Part shown: positions 13,525 to 27,538 of the stretch, piece by piece | Position numbering within the stretch: the stretch's first letter is position 1 | How the letters are laid out: every line of letters starts with the position of its first letter | Source: the human T2T-CHM13v2.0 reference genome, Homo sapiens | Length of the DNA: 64,000 nt | Reading direction: 5' to 3' (one strand) | Assembly: GCF_009914755.1 (NCBI RefSeq) | Contig: NC_060927.1 | The notes under the pieces: generated by a model | Told to the model about the DNA's origin: nothing | Seen by the model: the letters and a program-made list of their open reading frames with translations, nothing else | Database searches by the model: none | Position numbers and translations under genes: made by a program

Positions 13525-13664
13525 GCCAGCATGACTCCTCGAATGAAACTCATGACTCCTTTGAGAACTATGAACTATATCGAGGGCAACTAGAAGTCAA
13601 TAATGGCAGTTATCATTTTCCTGAGAACTTAAAAAAGGGAGCGGAATTCCAAGATATTTGTTGA
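13525..13664 (+). other. Candidate terminal coding exon (xQHDSSNETHDSFENYELYRGQLEVNNGSYHFPENLKKGAEFQDIC*), product unrecognised
   Basis: Acceptor 'ctgatttttgtgtgtag|G'; 45 open codons ending TGA TAA; local CpG retention; protein-like composition. Confidence 0.3.
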
Positions 13665-14174
13665 TAAAAAGATCCTCAGTAGATAAAGGCAGCAATTTGC
13701 GAAAATGTTAGGGTCTTCCAAATTTGCACGGTGATGACTAGCAACCGAAAATGAAGCAAGTGGCCAAAATTCTCCATATAAATGATTGTTCTGAAAGGAC
13801 TATCATGTGTGTTGATTGCAGTGGCACCATTAAGTTGGGGACCTCCCTGATTGGTATAAACAAGCTTCCTGTGCCAACATAATCCTAGATCTTAAATAGA
13901 TCATAGCTATTTTATATTCTGAATGAATATAACGTCTTCAATTTTACTCAATAATATTTTAACAACATCCTTTCCTGAATACCTTTAGCAACATTTAAGA
14001 ATTTTAATTGTTTGTTTTGCCTTTCCAATAAGATCTTAAATAATTTCAGGACTGGGTGTCAGTTGTCCCTATTCATGTTGCTTAGCTTGGTTCTAAAAAT
14101 TTAGTCTTTCAAAAGTATGAGAAAAATTTTGCAAGTAAATAATTTAGAAAGCATGATTCTCTCTCTCTCTCTCC

Positions 14175-14290
14175 ATTTTAAAAATTGTGATAAAATACAC
14201 GCAGCATAAAATTTGCTATTTAAACTATTTTAAGTGTACAATTTTCTGGCATTAAGTAACATTGAACATTGTTATACAATGCATCATCTC
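14175..14290 (-). mobile_element. L1MB-like 3' end fragment
   Basis: 'aattgtgataaaatacacgcagcataaaatttgctatttaaactattttaagtgtacaattttctggcattaagtaacatt'. Confidence 0.8.
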
Positions 14291-15629
14291 ATAAAATAGC
14301 TGGACTTTATTGATAACTGCAGAGCCAGATATCTTAGCAATGAAATATGCCTCAAGGATATAAGTCTTAGAGTAAGAGTCTAGCACGGGTATTTATATGG
14401 CTCATCATATCAAAACGGTGAACAACATAGCTAACATCCTTAATACTTCACAATTCTTTTACTTGATACTCCTAGGATCTATTGCCTGATTTTAAAGGCT
14501 AATAAAATCTCTCTTTTACACTTTAATGATACGATTTAAATAAGATATGTAATAGATTTATGTTCTAGGCATAAAATCATGTATTTATTTGTGTATTCTA
14601 GTGTGGAATTACTAGAAATAATTTTAACATGCATACTTATTCATCTGTCTTTCTGTAAACCAGAAGATATGTTAATGAATTTTTTAATTCTATAATTAAA
14701 TACTTAAAGACTGTAAATTATAGGAAAGGAGGAGCAACATACTTTAATACAAGAGGTGTACTGATTTACCAATTCATAAATGAAAACTATCTTAGGATGC
14801 TAAGAAATAACTCACCTTCTAAATGTGAGCTTGGAGGAGTGTGAACTATATATAAAATAGGAATACTATTTAAGAGTACAGAGATGGAAGATTATAACAA
14901 CTTCAGCATTTTATAAAGACACAAGGTATATAGCTCGAAGCTTTAGATATGCATAGATCTAATTTATGCAAATCAGAGGTACATCTGGCCATTTTGAAAG
15001 TTGGACAAGGACTCACAATCATGAACAAAAGCAATTAGCTGGGTTATGGTGTTCTTAATTGCAGATGGTATCATGCCAATTTATCCATACCTCATGGAGT
15101 TTTTCTGTTTATGCCCATTGAATAGCATTGTTTATAACTGCTCATAGACTTGTTTGCCTTTATAACTTGTGCATGTATCTGTCAATCTGTTAGTCGAGAA
15201 AAAAAAAATACTTTGAAATATAATTTGAAGCACATTTTAAACTATTTGCATTAACTATCTCTAAGAAGGTTTTAGAGTATTTTAAGAGACTGACATTTAG
15301 AGTGTATAATCTTTCATGTAAAAGTTCCTTCTTTGTCTCCTGAGGCTTCTGTTTATATATGAAGAAAACGGCAGTGTGACATTTGCTATTAGTGTCTGCT
15401 GAAGGAATGATACAACTTCAGGATACTTCTAAGATTTATAAACTATGGCAAATATTAATAAAACCATCTTTAGAGCATAATACTTTATTTTTAAGTAAAC
15501 TCATTACATATTATGTAGGCCAACTTTTCCACCATAAAAAAATACCTTTATTTTAACAATGCTCATATATCTCTGTGAATCATATGTCTAGTCTCTCTAA
15601 GAGGAAAAAAATGCAAGTTTTAAATTATC

Positions 15630-15787
15630 ACTTACTGGGGTGTGAACTTGAAGAAGACAATCTTTCCATCAGTCTTTTCTAAGCTGTAAGATAGGGAAAA
15701 TAAGATGTTCCTATAATTTGAAAATCCAGTGAGATTATGTACTACAAAGTTTTCAGTAGAGTAGTACAGAAAATTAAATGTTAACTT
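15630..15787 (+). mobile_element. MIR fragment
   Basis: 'tgtgaacttgaagaag...ctgtaagatagggaaaataag...cagtgagattatgtactacaaagt'. Confidence 0.55.
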
Positions 15788-17004
15788 TTAAAAGTTTAAA
15801 ATTATTTTACATTTAAATAACTCCTAAACCCTTCCATCGTTTTCTTTTAACTTACACTTTTTTTTTGTTTAAGTACTCCAACTTGTTTATAAGTAAGCAC
15901 TGGATTGTCCACTAGAATGTACAGTATGAAAGATGGCTCAAAAGGAAATAGTGGCACGCTTTAATAAACCCCTTTCTCTAAGTCTCACTAGGGTTGTAAA
16001 ATGATGTTGGAATACTAGTAAGTTATCAATGCTCTTAGAAATACATTGTTTTAAAACTTTGTTTTGTTAACTGATCCAAATACTGCTAATACAAATATTC
16101 CAAGCATTAATTCTGCAAAGGGCTAGCAAATCCTTAAGTTTTTGAGTAATCATTTTCTGTATTTTCGATTGAGTGTGATCTTATCTCTCCTACTTGCATC
16201 AATTTGATAGCATTAATACCTAAAGAATACATTCCTTTCTAGAAAACAATAGAAATTTGAAAGTAGATGAGATTATTTCATAATAATATGGTACTTTAAG
16301 TGATTTTTTTTTTACATAGTAACTGATACTGGGTGGAATTTTATTATAAAATTCTTTTTTTAAGAAGTGCTTTGATACTCAGAGAAAACAAGCAACCTAC
16401 ATAACACATTACTCAATTTGTCCAAGCCTTCAAATAAGATGCCTTGTTGAGCACTGTTTCTGCTTTTACCCAAGGCAATGATCAGAAAAACATACACACA
16501 TAAAACAAACAAAAACTCTCAGCGTGTGGAGATTCAGCATGATGTGTGCTAGGCTGAGATTTCCAACTGCAGTCAAATAACTGGGAGAATCTAGTATAAA
16601 TGGAGCTCACCTCCGTAACAAAAAAATTGGAAAATCTGCTCAGTATATTAGAATCCGAGTGTGTTGAATTTGTGTTTTAGTTTAGTTGATGTAGAGATTA
16701 CAAACTTGCAGCACTTTTAAGCAACCTATGCATCATCATTTGATAATCAAGTGAATTGCAATTGAAGATCGCAAGGATGCTATTGAAGATGCTGACCCGT
16801 GTGTTTTCTATGAGGAAGAATAGGCAAAATTAATACCTGTACTCCGTTTCAGGAATATACATGGGTTTCACAAACAATTTCATTCTACATGTTGAACACT
16901 GTGACTTTTTTAGTGACTCTATTTTTCTCTTTAAATTGGCTTCTAGAAAGCTTATAACCAATTAAGCTTCCCATCTTTAAAAAGATTATATGTACACCTT
17001 TTTT

Positions 17005-17180
17005 AGTCAAGTAAACCTGGGTTTGAATCCAAAATGTGTCATATTCCTCCTCTGAGCTTCAATTTCTGTATTGTATCCTGCAGTTAATGACTATTTCACA
17101 GGCCAGTGTTGACAATAAAATGGGTGGAGGGTTTTAAAGCACATAAAATCGCGTCTGGTACTTAGATTTTGAAATATATT
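17005..17180 (+). mobile_element. MIR fragment
   Basis: 'aaacctgggtttgaatcc...ctctgagcttcaatttc'. Confidence 0.7.
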
Positions 17181-17231
17181 CTTGTTGTGTGCAAATCTCA
17201 TCAGGCTGCTGCATTATCGAGCAGATGGTTA

Positions 17232-17250
17232 ATAGCGCCCCCTGTAGGCG
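17232..17250 (-). promoter_or_regulatory. CTCF core motif
   Basis: Minus strand reads CGCCTACAGGGGGCGCTAT, close to the CCASYAGRKGGCRS consensus, in a small patch retaining several CpGs. Confidence 0.7.
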
Positions 17251-17576
17251 AGCAATGTACAACATACAAACCACAGGCCTTTACTGCCTTACTTTTCCAT
17301 GAGTATTTTCTTTTCCTTAAAACACATTTTCTTACTTCTTTCAATGTATTTAAACTTGCTGTGTTGCATGCATTTTGATACCAACCTTAAATTCTGTTTG
17401 TAATAGAGCACAGGCAATAAAATTAAAAAACTAATATGAAGAGATTATTTTCCCCTACAATTGGATTACATAAAGTATAAAGGTCTTAGAGAAGAAACAT
17501 TCTTGTTTAATTTCTCTTCTCTCCTTCATGGTAGCTATTGTGCAGATTTTTTTTTAGTATGTATTGTTTTGAATGG

Positions 17577-18133
17577 TATATTAGAGCTCTCCAGAGAGAC
17601 AGAATCAATTCCAGATAGATAGATAGATAGTAGGTAAGTAGATAGATAAGTGAGAAGGCAATTTTTAGGAAAATTGGCTCACACAATTATGGAGGCTTAA
17701 GAAGTCCCATGACAGTCCATCTGCAAGCTCAAGAAACAAGGAGGCTGGTAGCATGACTCTGTCCAAATTCAAGTTCTTCAGAACTAGGGAAGCCCATGGT
17801 GTGAATCTCAGTCTGAGGTCAAAGGCCTGAGAACCCACGGAGCTGCTGGTAGAAGTGCTGGAGTCCAAGGACTGGAAAGCCTGGAAGTCTAATGTGGAAG
17901 GGCAGGAGGAGAAGGGAGGCCCCGCTCTAGGGAGCTCTCCCCCTTTTTGTTCTCTCTGGGCCCTCAGTCTTTGGATGGTACCCACACACATTGAGGAAGG
18001 ATCTTTCTTACTAAGTCCACTGAGTCAAATGCCAGTCTCTTCCCAAAACACCCTCAAAGGTATCCTCAGCAGTAATGTCTTACCAGCTATCTATGTATCC
18101 CTTAATTCCATCTAATTGACAGCTCAAATCACA
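17577..18133 (-). mobile_element. MLT2B-type solo LTR (ERVL)
   Basis: 'ttagagctctccagagagacagaatcaat', (GATA)n, 'aattggctcacacaattatggaggct...catctgcaagct', ends 'attgacagctcaaatcaca'. Confidence 0.9.
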
Positions 18134-18310
18134 GAGGGGAAGAGGGGGAACGCTGTGGGCAGAACCTGCGTTCTTAGAGTTCACTACTACTGAGACAGAC
18201 TACAGTCCAAATAATCACAATTCACTCTGCGAAGTGGTACACAAGAAATGCAAGAAAGAAATCTTACACAGTTTAAAGTGTATGAAGCATAGTTTATAGG
18301 GTAGAAGTAG

Positions 18311-18810
<500 letters not shown>

Positions 18811-18884
18811 CGGACAATATTCTGAACGTTTTATATGAAATTTTAAAGTTTGCACTCCTCTCTGTAGGCACATTGACATAGTTT

Positions 18885-19580
18885 TTCATTTTAATCAAAC
18901 TTCTCAATTTGACATAATTATAAATTCACATCCAGTTGCCACCCCATGGTAACATCTTGCAAAACTGTGCTACAATATCACAACTCAGATATTGACATGG
19001 AAACAGTTAAGTCCCAAAACAGCTCTATCACCACGAGGATCCCTAGTGATGCATTTTTATAGGCACACCTACCTCCCCTCCACACCCAATCCTGATCTCT
19101 GGCTTTTGTTAACATATGCTGTATAAATGAAATCACACTGGATGTACCTTTTAGATTCTTTTTTTTTCCTTCAGTGTTATTCCCATGAGACGCATGTAAA
19201 TTGTTGCGCCTATCAGCGGCTTGTTTCTTTTTCTTGCTGACTGCTATTCCATGGTAAGACTATCCTATATTATATTTAATCATCTAGCCATTGAAGGATA
19301 TCTGGTTTGTTTCCAGTTTGGGGTTATTAAGAATAAAGCTGCTATGAATATTTGTGTGCAACTTTTTGTGTGAGTATGCTATTTCCCTGGAATAAATGCC
19401 CAGCAGTGCAATTACTCAGTTGAAGAAACTACCCAATTATCTTGCAAAATCACTGTACCATTCTAGCTTCCAGCCAGCAATATACGAGTGACCCTGTCCC
19501 CACATCTTTGCCAGCATTTGGTGTTGTTCTTTGTTGAATATTTTATTTTAGCATTCCGATAGGTGTGTAGTGTCATCCTA
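18885..19580 (-). mobile_element. L1MC1/L1MC2-like 3' fragment
   Basis: 'atggtaacatcttgcaaaactgtgctacaatatcacaac...atattgacat', 'tttccagtttggggttattaagaataaagctgctatgaa', 'tttgccagcatttggtgttg'. Confidence 0.85.
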
Positions 19581-21956
19581 GGTTTCCAATATGGGATGAT
19601 TGGTTAGATCAATGTTTTTTAGAGGAACCTTTCTAATGGCAAAAAAAAAAAAAAAGAAAAAAAAAAAGAAAATAGAATGAAATGAGAAATTAGAGTCAAT
19701 GATGTAACTTAGAAGTAGATTTCAGTGACTTAGGTTAGAAAGAAAAACCTAATCTGAGGCAGAAGAAATGAGGGTTGGAAGGAATTGCTGTGTGTCTTAT
19801 AATAGTCTTGTAAATACATTATTCAGTATTTGTATATAATTCTCGATTGGCAAAGCAGAACTGGCTGAATGATGTAAATTCCATGGACATTTCCTTTAAT
19901 TTTCAGTTGCAGAATGTTGCTATTATATAGGAACCTAGCTCATTTTATATGATTCAAACATGTATCTGTTCTTCAGAGCACAGCTCCATAACACAAATGC
20001 TAGTGATCATCCTTTAAGCTAGATTACTTTTGTGAATGTAGTTTATAGATTTGACAAATTAATTATCCTTATCCTAAGGATAGTCATTGGAAAAATAGAA
20101 ACATTTCCTGATATATTTTTCTGTCCATATATTTATTTAGAAATCTGCCTGTCTACCTACTATCATCAATTCATTTTTCTTGACTTTTGGGGAATTTTTT
20201 AATGATCCCAACAGAAGCTTAAATAAACATGAGTTAATAATTACATATCAAAACAGAGGCTACCAAGAAGAGCACCAAATATTACAGAGGAAATCTTTTA
20301 CGAAGCTCAAGTACTAAGGTTATATAATTCTAATAAGTAAAATAAAGAATATAAAATAATGAAACCATTTTTAAGGAGATGAGCTAATGGGGTCCACCAA
20401 TGCAAATTGTAGATATATATTTACTTTCAGTCATACAGACATAAAGAACAATTAAAGTCTATATTGTAGCATTAAAGAGCTCCATACTGTATTATGATTT
20501 TTTTCAGACATATGGTCTTTTGTGAGCACAAAAATAGGTAGCGTTTTTAAAAACTGATTTTGAGACTTAAATTGGAGTATTGAAAAATACTAACCTAACA
20601 CAGTGATTAGCTATACCCTACATTATTACAGATGGTTGTCTTATTATCTAAGGGAAAAATATAGAATTCCAGATTCTTCTATTACAGATAGAATCTATTG
20701 CCACAAATCTGAAAATCAATAAAACTTGTTTTGGGAGAGTAAATGATTACTTGGTAATTTATCTTCTACACCATTTCCAGTGAAAATATACAAAGATTGT
20801 GTGTGAGTCTAATCAGGTGTGGAGTGCTATTGAAAAGTAAGAACCGCTGCTCAGAAAAGGGAAATGAGATTTTTGAGGAACTACCTGATTTTTTTTCATT
20901 TTATTATAAGAATAACAAAATGTTAGAAGCATGATTATTATGCTTGCTAAATATGCAAAACTGATGGTGAAGTGTGGGCTCATAAGTGAAGCCGCTGATG
21001 GGCGGGTCTATTTTCTAGAGTTCTCCTCTACTGCATCCAGTCTGTTGCTCCCTGAAGCTGTTATTCCTGTTACTTCTGTTTCTATCATCCTGAAGTGATG
21101 ATTTCATACAAAGATATTCATTTGGCATGAAATTCTTATAATTTTATCTAGAAATATGCAAAATAAGAACATTAATAAATTATCCATATGAATGTACTTT
21201 CAAGGTGTTAATAATTTATGTCAGATATTCTCATATGAGTCCTTTCCTCAAAATGGCTTTTTTTCCAGTTGAGTTATAAAACTTAGTGCAATAGAATTAT
21301 GACCTTAGAATCTTATGCTTAGGAAACCTTGCAATTATAATTGTCCAGATGTTTTTTTTTTTCTGCTGAAATTTTGCAGGCCACTCATTTATGAAAATGT
21401 CAGCTGTGTGTCTTTGTGCACACGCATGTGCACATGTGTGTATTTAATTATTGGATAAAAAAAGAAGTTTAAAATAAATAACAACTTGGTCACTTAAAAT
21501 GGTTAAATCTTCTGTATTATTAATGAACATTATTTGTATATTTGTATATGTCCCATATAGCACATTGAATTCTTACTCTCTAAGCTAAACTTATTTTTCT
21601 CATGCTTTGTTGGGAATTCAAATTGCTATGTTGTTTCTCCCAAAGATATTTGGATTGTAACTTTTATATCTAGTTGTTAGTAGATTATAGCACCTGTTAA
21701 GTTATTTTCTGACATTGATGGGCAAGTCAATGACTATTTTGTAAGGTCTGCTTTTGAGGTGGTATTGAACATACATACATCAGCCCTACATGACTTATAG
21801 TCGTGAATGAAATGATCCCAAGATGCAGAAGTTTAGTCATGGTATACAATGTGCTTTGACATTGCCTATGTTAAAAATATGACCAACTTCAGTCTGGGCT
21901 AGTTACACAATTACTAACAAGCCAGGTTACTAGAGCTCTATTTCAAAACTTCATGT

Positions 21957-22250
21957 GGACCAGGCATGGTGACTCATGCCTGTAATCCTAGCAGTTTGGG
22001 AGGCCGAGGCCGGTGGATCACATGAGGTCAGGAAGTTGAGACCAGCCTGACCAACATGGCGAAACCCTGTCTCTACTAAAAATATAAAAATTAGCCGGGC
22101 ATGGTGGCGGATGCCTGGAATCTCAGCTACTGGGAAGGCTGAGACAGGAGAACCACTTGAACCCAGGAGGCGGAGGTTGCAATTGTGCCACTGCTTTCCA
22201 GTCTGGGCGACAGAGTAAGACTCTGTGTAAAAAGTAAATAAAAAATAAAT
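21957..22250 (+). mobile_element. AluSx-like SINE with small internal deletion
   Basis: Full dimer; TSD AAACTTCATGT at 21946-21956 and 22251-22261; about 11 nt missing after 'ggttgca'. Confidence 0.95.
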
Positions 22251-22351
22251 AAACTTCATGTGAATTTTCATGTTACAAAGCTTTATGTAAAAATATATGA
22301 GGCATAAAAGTTTGTATACTTAAGAAACAAACATACTTATATGTAAATGCA

Positions 22352-22925
22352 TGTACCTATAGGGTTCTCCAGAAAGAAGCAATAAGATGAGTAGAGACAG
22401 AGAGAGACAGAGAGAGGGGAGACGGGGAAGAGGTAACTTATTAGGGAAATTGGCGTGCATGATTATGGAAGCTGAGAAATCTCATGACGAGTCTTCTGCA
22501 AGCTGGAGACCGTGGGATGCTTGTTATTTGTCTTGGTTCAAGTCCAAAGGCCTCAGAACAAGAAAAGCCAATGGTATAACTCTTGGTCTGAGGCCAAAAG
22601 CCTGAGAATCAGTGGTGTCACTAGTCTTTAAGTCCTGGAGTCCAAAGGCCAGCAGGACTGAAGTTGTCCAAGGACAGGAGAGAAAGAGTCCAGCTTCAGT
22701 AGATAGATTAACATATTCACTTTCTCTTTTTGTTCTCTCTGAGCCACCAGCAGATTGGATGGTGCCCTACCACACTGAAGATAGATCTTCCCACCAGGTA
22801 GTCCACTCAGACTTACCTTTATCTCCTCTGGAAACATACTCACAGACACACCCCAAAGTAATACTTTACTAGCTTTCTAGGTATTTCTTAATCCAGACAA
22901 GTTAACACCTAAAATTAACATTACA
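22352..22925 (-). mobile_element. MLT2B-type solo LTR (ERVL)
   Basis: 'agggttctccagaaa...ggaaattggcgtgcatgattatggaagctgagaa...tctgcaagctggagac...aagttaacacctaaaattaacattaca'. Confidence 0.9.
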
Positions 22926-23088
22926 CTGTACATATTATCCTAATCGTGTATACATAAGATGCAGTCCATTTTAGTTAATGAACTATTTTAACAGAAAATA
23001 TCTTATTGTTATAAATGGGAAAGTTAGGGTATTTAGACAAAAATAGCTTATTTCAACATCTACATGACAATCTCAATGTAATATATAA

Positions 23089-23441
<353 letters not shown>

Positions 23442-23494
23442 TATATATAAAAATGTGTGCTTCTAATGGCTATATTTCTATTAACTACAATCGG

Positions 23495-23655
23495 TGTAAC
23501 ATTGTAAAAGGCACTGAATTAAAACCTCTTGGAATTCTAATCCTGGTTATGATCTTGCATGAATATGTAATCTCAGGATGATAACTTTTCTTGTACAAAT
23601 TATTGTCCATAAAGTGAAGTGTTTGTGCAATGTCCATCTCTCAGGTATCTATGAT
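23495..23655 (+). mobile_element. MIR-family fragment
   Basis: 'gtaaaaggcactgaatt...ttctaatcctggtt...tatgtaatctcagg'. Confidence 0.5.
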
Positions 23656-25209
23656 CAAATTGTGACATTCACAGTGGCTTGTTGAAAGCTTACAAGTTTA
23701 CGTGATCTTATTCCCTGCTTTACTATTTTCAAAATCTCTGTGACTACTAATGTCTAATCACTTTAATTAACTAGTCCTTATGACATGTCTGCCCACAGAG
23801 ACCAATCCTCACCATCCTCACCACATCACCAATACGGATTGAGAGTCTATTGTAGTAATCTACATATGCAACATGTGAAGCATGTTTGAAATTTCAGCTT
23901 CTGCTTACCCAGCTGTCCACGATACTGACTGGTTATTTCAGATTATGTCCAATGTATCCATGAGACATTTCATCTGTCTCTCTATGCCTCCTTCCTCCTC
24001 ATCACTTTACCTAGTACCCTTAGCTATGTGGGATCAGACTTTGTTAGGTTGAAGGGTTAATATTTAAGCAAACACCATATTTCTAGTCCTCAGTCTGGGC
24101 AAGTTTTTAGGCCTAGACATTTCCTGTGCTTCTTACCAGTGATGACTGGAATTTGGATCTTGAAGCTCACTGCTCTCACTCCATGGCTAATCATAAACAA
24201 AGGATGGATTTGCTTTAGCAACATAGGTTATCTCTATGTCTAATTAGTGCATCCTTGGCTGGGGTTCTGCTAAGGTAGCAAAAAATTGGCTTCCAGCTTT
24301 GTGCTGCTAATGAGGATTTTAGTTTGCAAGTATGCTTTGCCTGTAGCAACTTGGTGTGTTCTCTTCATTTTCGGTCCACTTACTGTCAGTCCACTACAGT
24401 GTTCCAATTCTGTAAAATGATACATAGGCCCAAGAATGTCTTCCTGTTATGTCTCTAGGGCAAAAAGTGTTCCCTGGCTGAATCATGTAAGGTCCCTCAA
24501 TCTGTTCAGCTTTCCCTGGTATTACTAACCTTCAAAGACTTAGTTGTTTCATCTCTTTTAGAAGTATAGAAATGTTCAAATGAACCGAAGTAAAACAAAA
24601 ATTCCAACTCTGTAAAATGTACAATAGAAAATATATACCCAGTGTAAAATCCTCTACTGCATGATATGTTTCTTTAGCTATACATCTAGAGTACATATCT
24701 CTTATTTTTCAAATTAGAGGACTCTATCAGTGCGTTGAGAAATTTCTCCTCTACCTCAGTCTAGGGGGTTCTCATAAAATTGTCAGTAGAGCACTTTAGC
24801 AAACTCTCTGGTCACAGCAGGAGGCACCTGGTTGTGACCTAGCTAATCCCAGAACCCCATCCCTTTCTCCAAAAAGACCCATTACTCAAGCTGATTACCC
24901 TTATTGAGAGTAGATAGACTTTAGGAGAGTGAGTCACCTTTTTCTTTTTAAAATTGCCCTCTTTAAAAATATTTAGGCGTGTAATAGTTAGTGGCCCCTC
25001 CTTCCCCATCAGTGCAAGCCTGAGAAAGAAATTAAGATGGTGACTAGTAGAGAGAGATGAGTCTGAATTAGCTACCATATCAATGAGACTACTCTTATAA
25101 TTTTCATTTATGTGTATCCGTAAGTTCCTTTTTTGCTTACTCTATTTTCAATTAGAATCTTCAATGAAAATGCATTAACTTACCAAAAATATACTCTTTA
25201 AAATGATTG

Positions 25210-25570
<361 letters not shown>

Positions 25571-25629
25571 TTATGTAAAATAAAGAAGATAGGATTATAG
25601 AACATGGCTTAATGATTATATGTGAAGAC

Positions 25630-25850
25630 TAGGTTCTTTCACAAAAAGTATGTTTTGAGATGACACTTGCATGATAGTATGATGTCAAACTGTTGGGTGG
25701 GAAAAAGGAAGGGGAACTGTGTATAGGAATATATTACAGATAGATTTTAAAAGAGCATGCAAAAATATGTAAAAATAAGAATTTTCAGGAAACTGCAAAT
25801 TATTCAGCGTAGAATGAGTATGTACTGAAGATGACACCTACGTGTAGACA
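25630..25850 (-). mobile_element. L2 fragment
   Basis: 'ttttgagatgacacttg...agcatgcaaaaa...ttcaggaaactgcaaattattcag'. Confidence 0.5.
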
Positions 25851-25877
25851 GAAGTGAAAATACTAAGCGCTCAAGAC

Positions 25878-26010
25878 TTCTCTAACCTTTTTGAACCTCA
25901 GTGCCCTCATTCATAACAGAGGTAATAATAGTATTTTTCCTAGAGGGTTTTGTGAATTTTAGCACAATCCATGGAAACTGTCTAGCCAAAAGTTCACTCC
26001 ATAAATGATT
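25878..26010 (+). mobile_element. MIR fragment
   Basis: 'taacctttttgaacctcagtgccctcattcataacagaggtaataatagta...agggttttgtgaa'. Confidence 0.7.
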
Positions 26011-26207
26011 TTGCATTTCTGTATAGTGAATCATGTGACACCTCTTAGTATAACTACCAGATTGTCAACTTTGTTTTAACATAATTTATTTATTATAAAA
26101 ATTAGTTATGTAAACATTAAATTTATGTCTTCAATAAAAAGTTATTTTCTTAGAGAAAATCATCTCTGCTTTAGAAGCAGTTGCCTTGCCTGAAAGAGGT
26201 AGGCAAG

Positions 26208-26241
26208 GCTGCCATCTAGTGGCAGTACCTTAGAACTGCGG
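26208..26241 (-). promoter_or_regulatory. CTCF motif, core plus upstream (ZF9-11) module
   Basis: Minus strand CCGCAGTTCT-AAGGTA-CTGCCACTAGATGGCAGC; core fits CCASYAGRKGGCRS exactly and the upstream module resembles CTGCAGTTCC. Confidence 0.85.
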
Positions 26242-26410
26242 ACATATGGTCCTCAAAGCTGAGAAAGCATTCAAATTCAAATCACACAAAGTGATCTCAT
26301 TTGAGAACAAAGAACATCCGACGATTGCTGGATACATCAAATTTGTATTCCTGCTGTGCATTTTATGACAAAATCCTGAATCTGACAATTTAAAAAAAAT
26401 GAGTTTAAAG

Positions 26411-26711
26411 CAGTGCTTCCCAAAGTCACCTTAAAAATGTTGAGATTCCATGACAATGTTTACACACACATATGGAGGCACAAACATACTCATACACAAA
26501 TATTAGTATAAAGTAACTAGATTTTCTCTCTTGGAAGTGTTGTTTCCTTTTATAAAATCATAGCGATAGTGCATTCTGACTCTTTTTATTTATTCATTTG
26601 GAGTTAATGTTATAATTTTTCAAATTGCAGGGCCAGCAGTCTTATTTCAAATCTCAAATTTTTGACCAAAATTATACATTTCTCCCCTAACCAAAAGTTT
26701 GAGAAAATCTG
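26411..26711. mobile_element. Unassigned hAT-Charlie-type MITE
   Basis: TIR-like ends 'cagtgcttcccaaa' / 'tttgagaaaatctg'; 8-bp TSD GTTTAAAG/GTTTGAAG. Confidence 0.6.
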
Positions 26712-27156
26712 GTTTGAAGGAGTCATCTACTCTTAAAACTATTACTACAGCTCTCCGATAACTATTAACCTAGACTATACCACCCTCCCTTTTATTCTCT
26801 ATTCATGTGAATAATATCCCCTATTGTATTCTATAATAGTCTTTTATTGTTTACCCAGAGCCACCAAGAAGAGACAGCAACAAATAGAACACAAATGGGG
26901 ACAAGATCTTATTGTTGGCTGACTAAAATGACCATTGTGACAAAATTCTCCTGGATGTCAAGTCCGGAAAAATATTTGTCACTACTAATGAACTGGCAAA
27001 CCTTCTATATAGACAATGAAATCTATGTACCCCATCTGAGTCTTTATCCGTTGATTCTCTATTTTTTTTCTTACAAAGGGTTTTCCAGTTTACATTGTGC
27101 ATTCACCATTCATAAATTACTTTCAACTTGAAGCTTCTTTCAGTTGCATTTAAGGA

Positions 27157-27538
27157 TGCTATGATTTGAACGTGTCCCCCGGAGTTCATGTGTTGGAAGC
27201 TTAATCCCCAATATAACGGGGTTGAAAATGGGGCCTATAGGAGGAGATTGGGTTAGAAGGGCTCTACCCTCATGAATGAATGAATGCTGTTATCATGAGA
27301 GTGAGTTAGTTCTAGAGAGAGTAGGCTTATTATAAAAGCAAGTTAGGCCCTCTCCTGCCCCGTTGCTCTCTCGCACGTGCTCTCTTGCCCTTCCTCCTTC
27401 TGCCATGCAGCAAGAAGGCCTTCAGCAGATGCAGCCCCCTCAACCTTGGTCTCCTGAACTTTAAGACATAAGTTTATTTCATTCAAAAATCGCCCAGTCT
27501 GTGATATTTTGTTATAGAACACAAAACAGGCCAAGACA
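27157..27538 (+). mobile_element. MSTC/MSTD-type solo LTR (ERVL-MaLR)
   Basis: TG...CA ends 'tgctatgatttgaacgtgtcccc' / 'ttgttatagaacacaaaacaggccaagaca'; perfect 5-bp TSD AAGGA. Confidence 0.92.

Noticed and set aside
19641-19672. Isolated poly-A run suggesting a processed pseudogene tail
   Set aside because: No mRNA-like body, poly-A signal or TSD upstream.
23780-24540. Moderately GC-elevated stretch, possibly an old LTR or exon
   Set aside because: No termini, TSD, family match or convincing reading frame could be identified.
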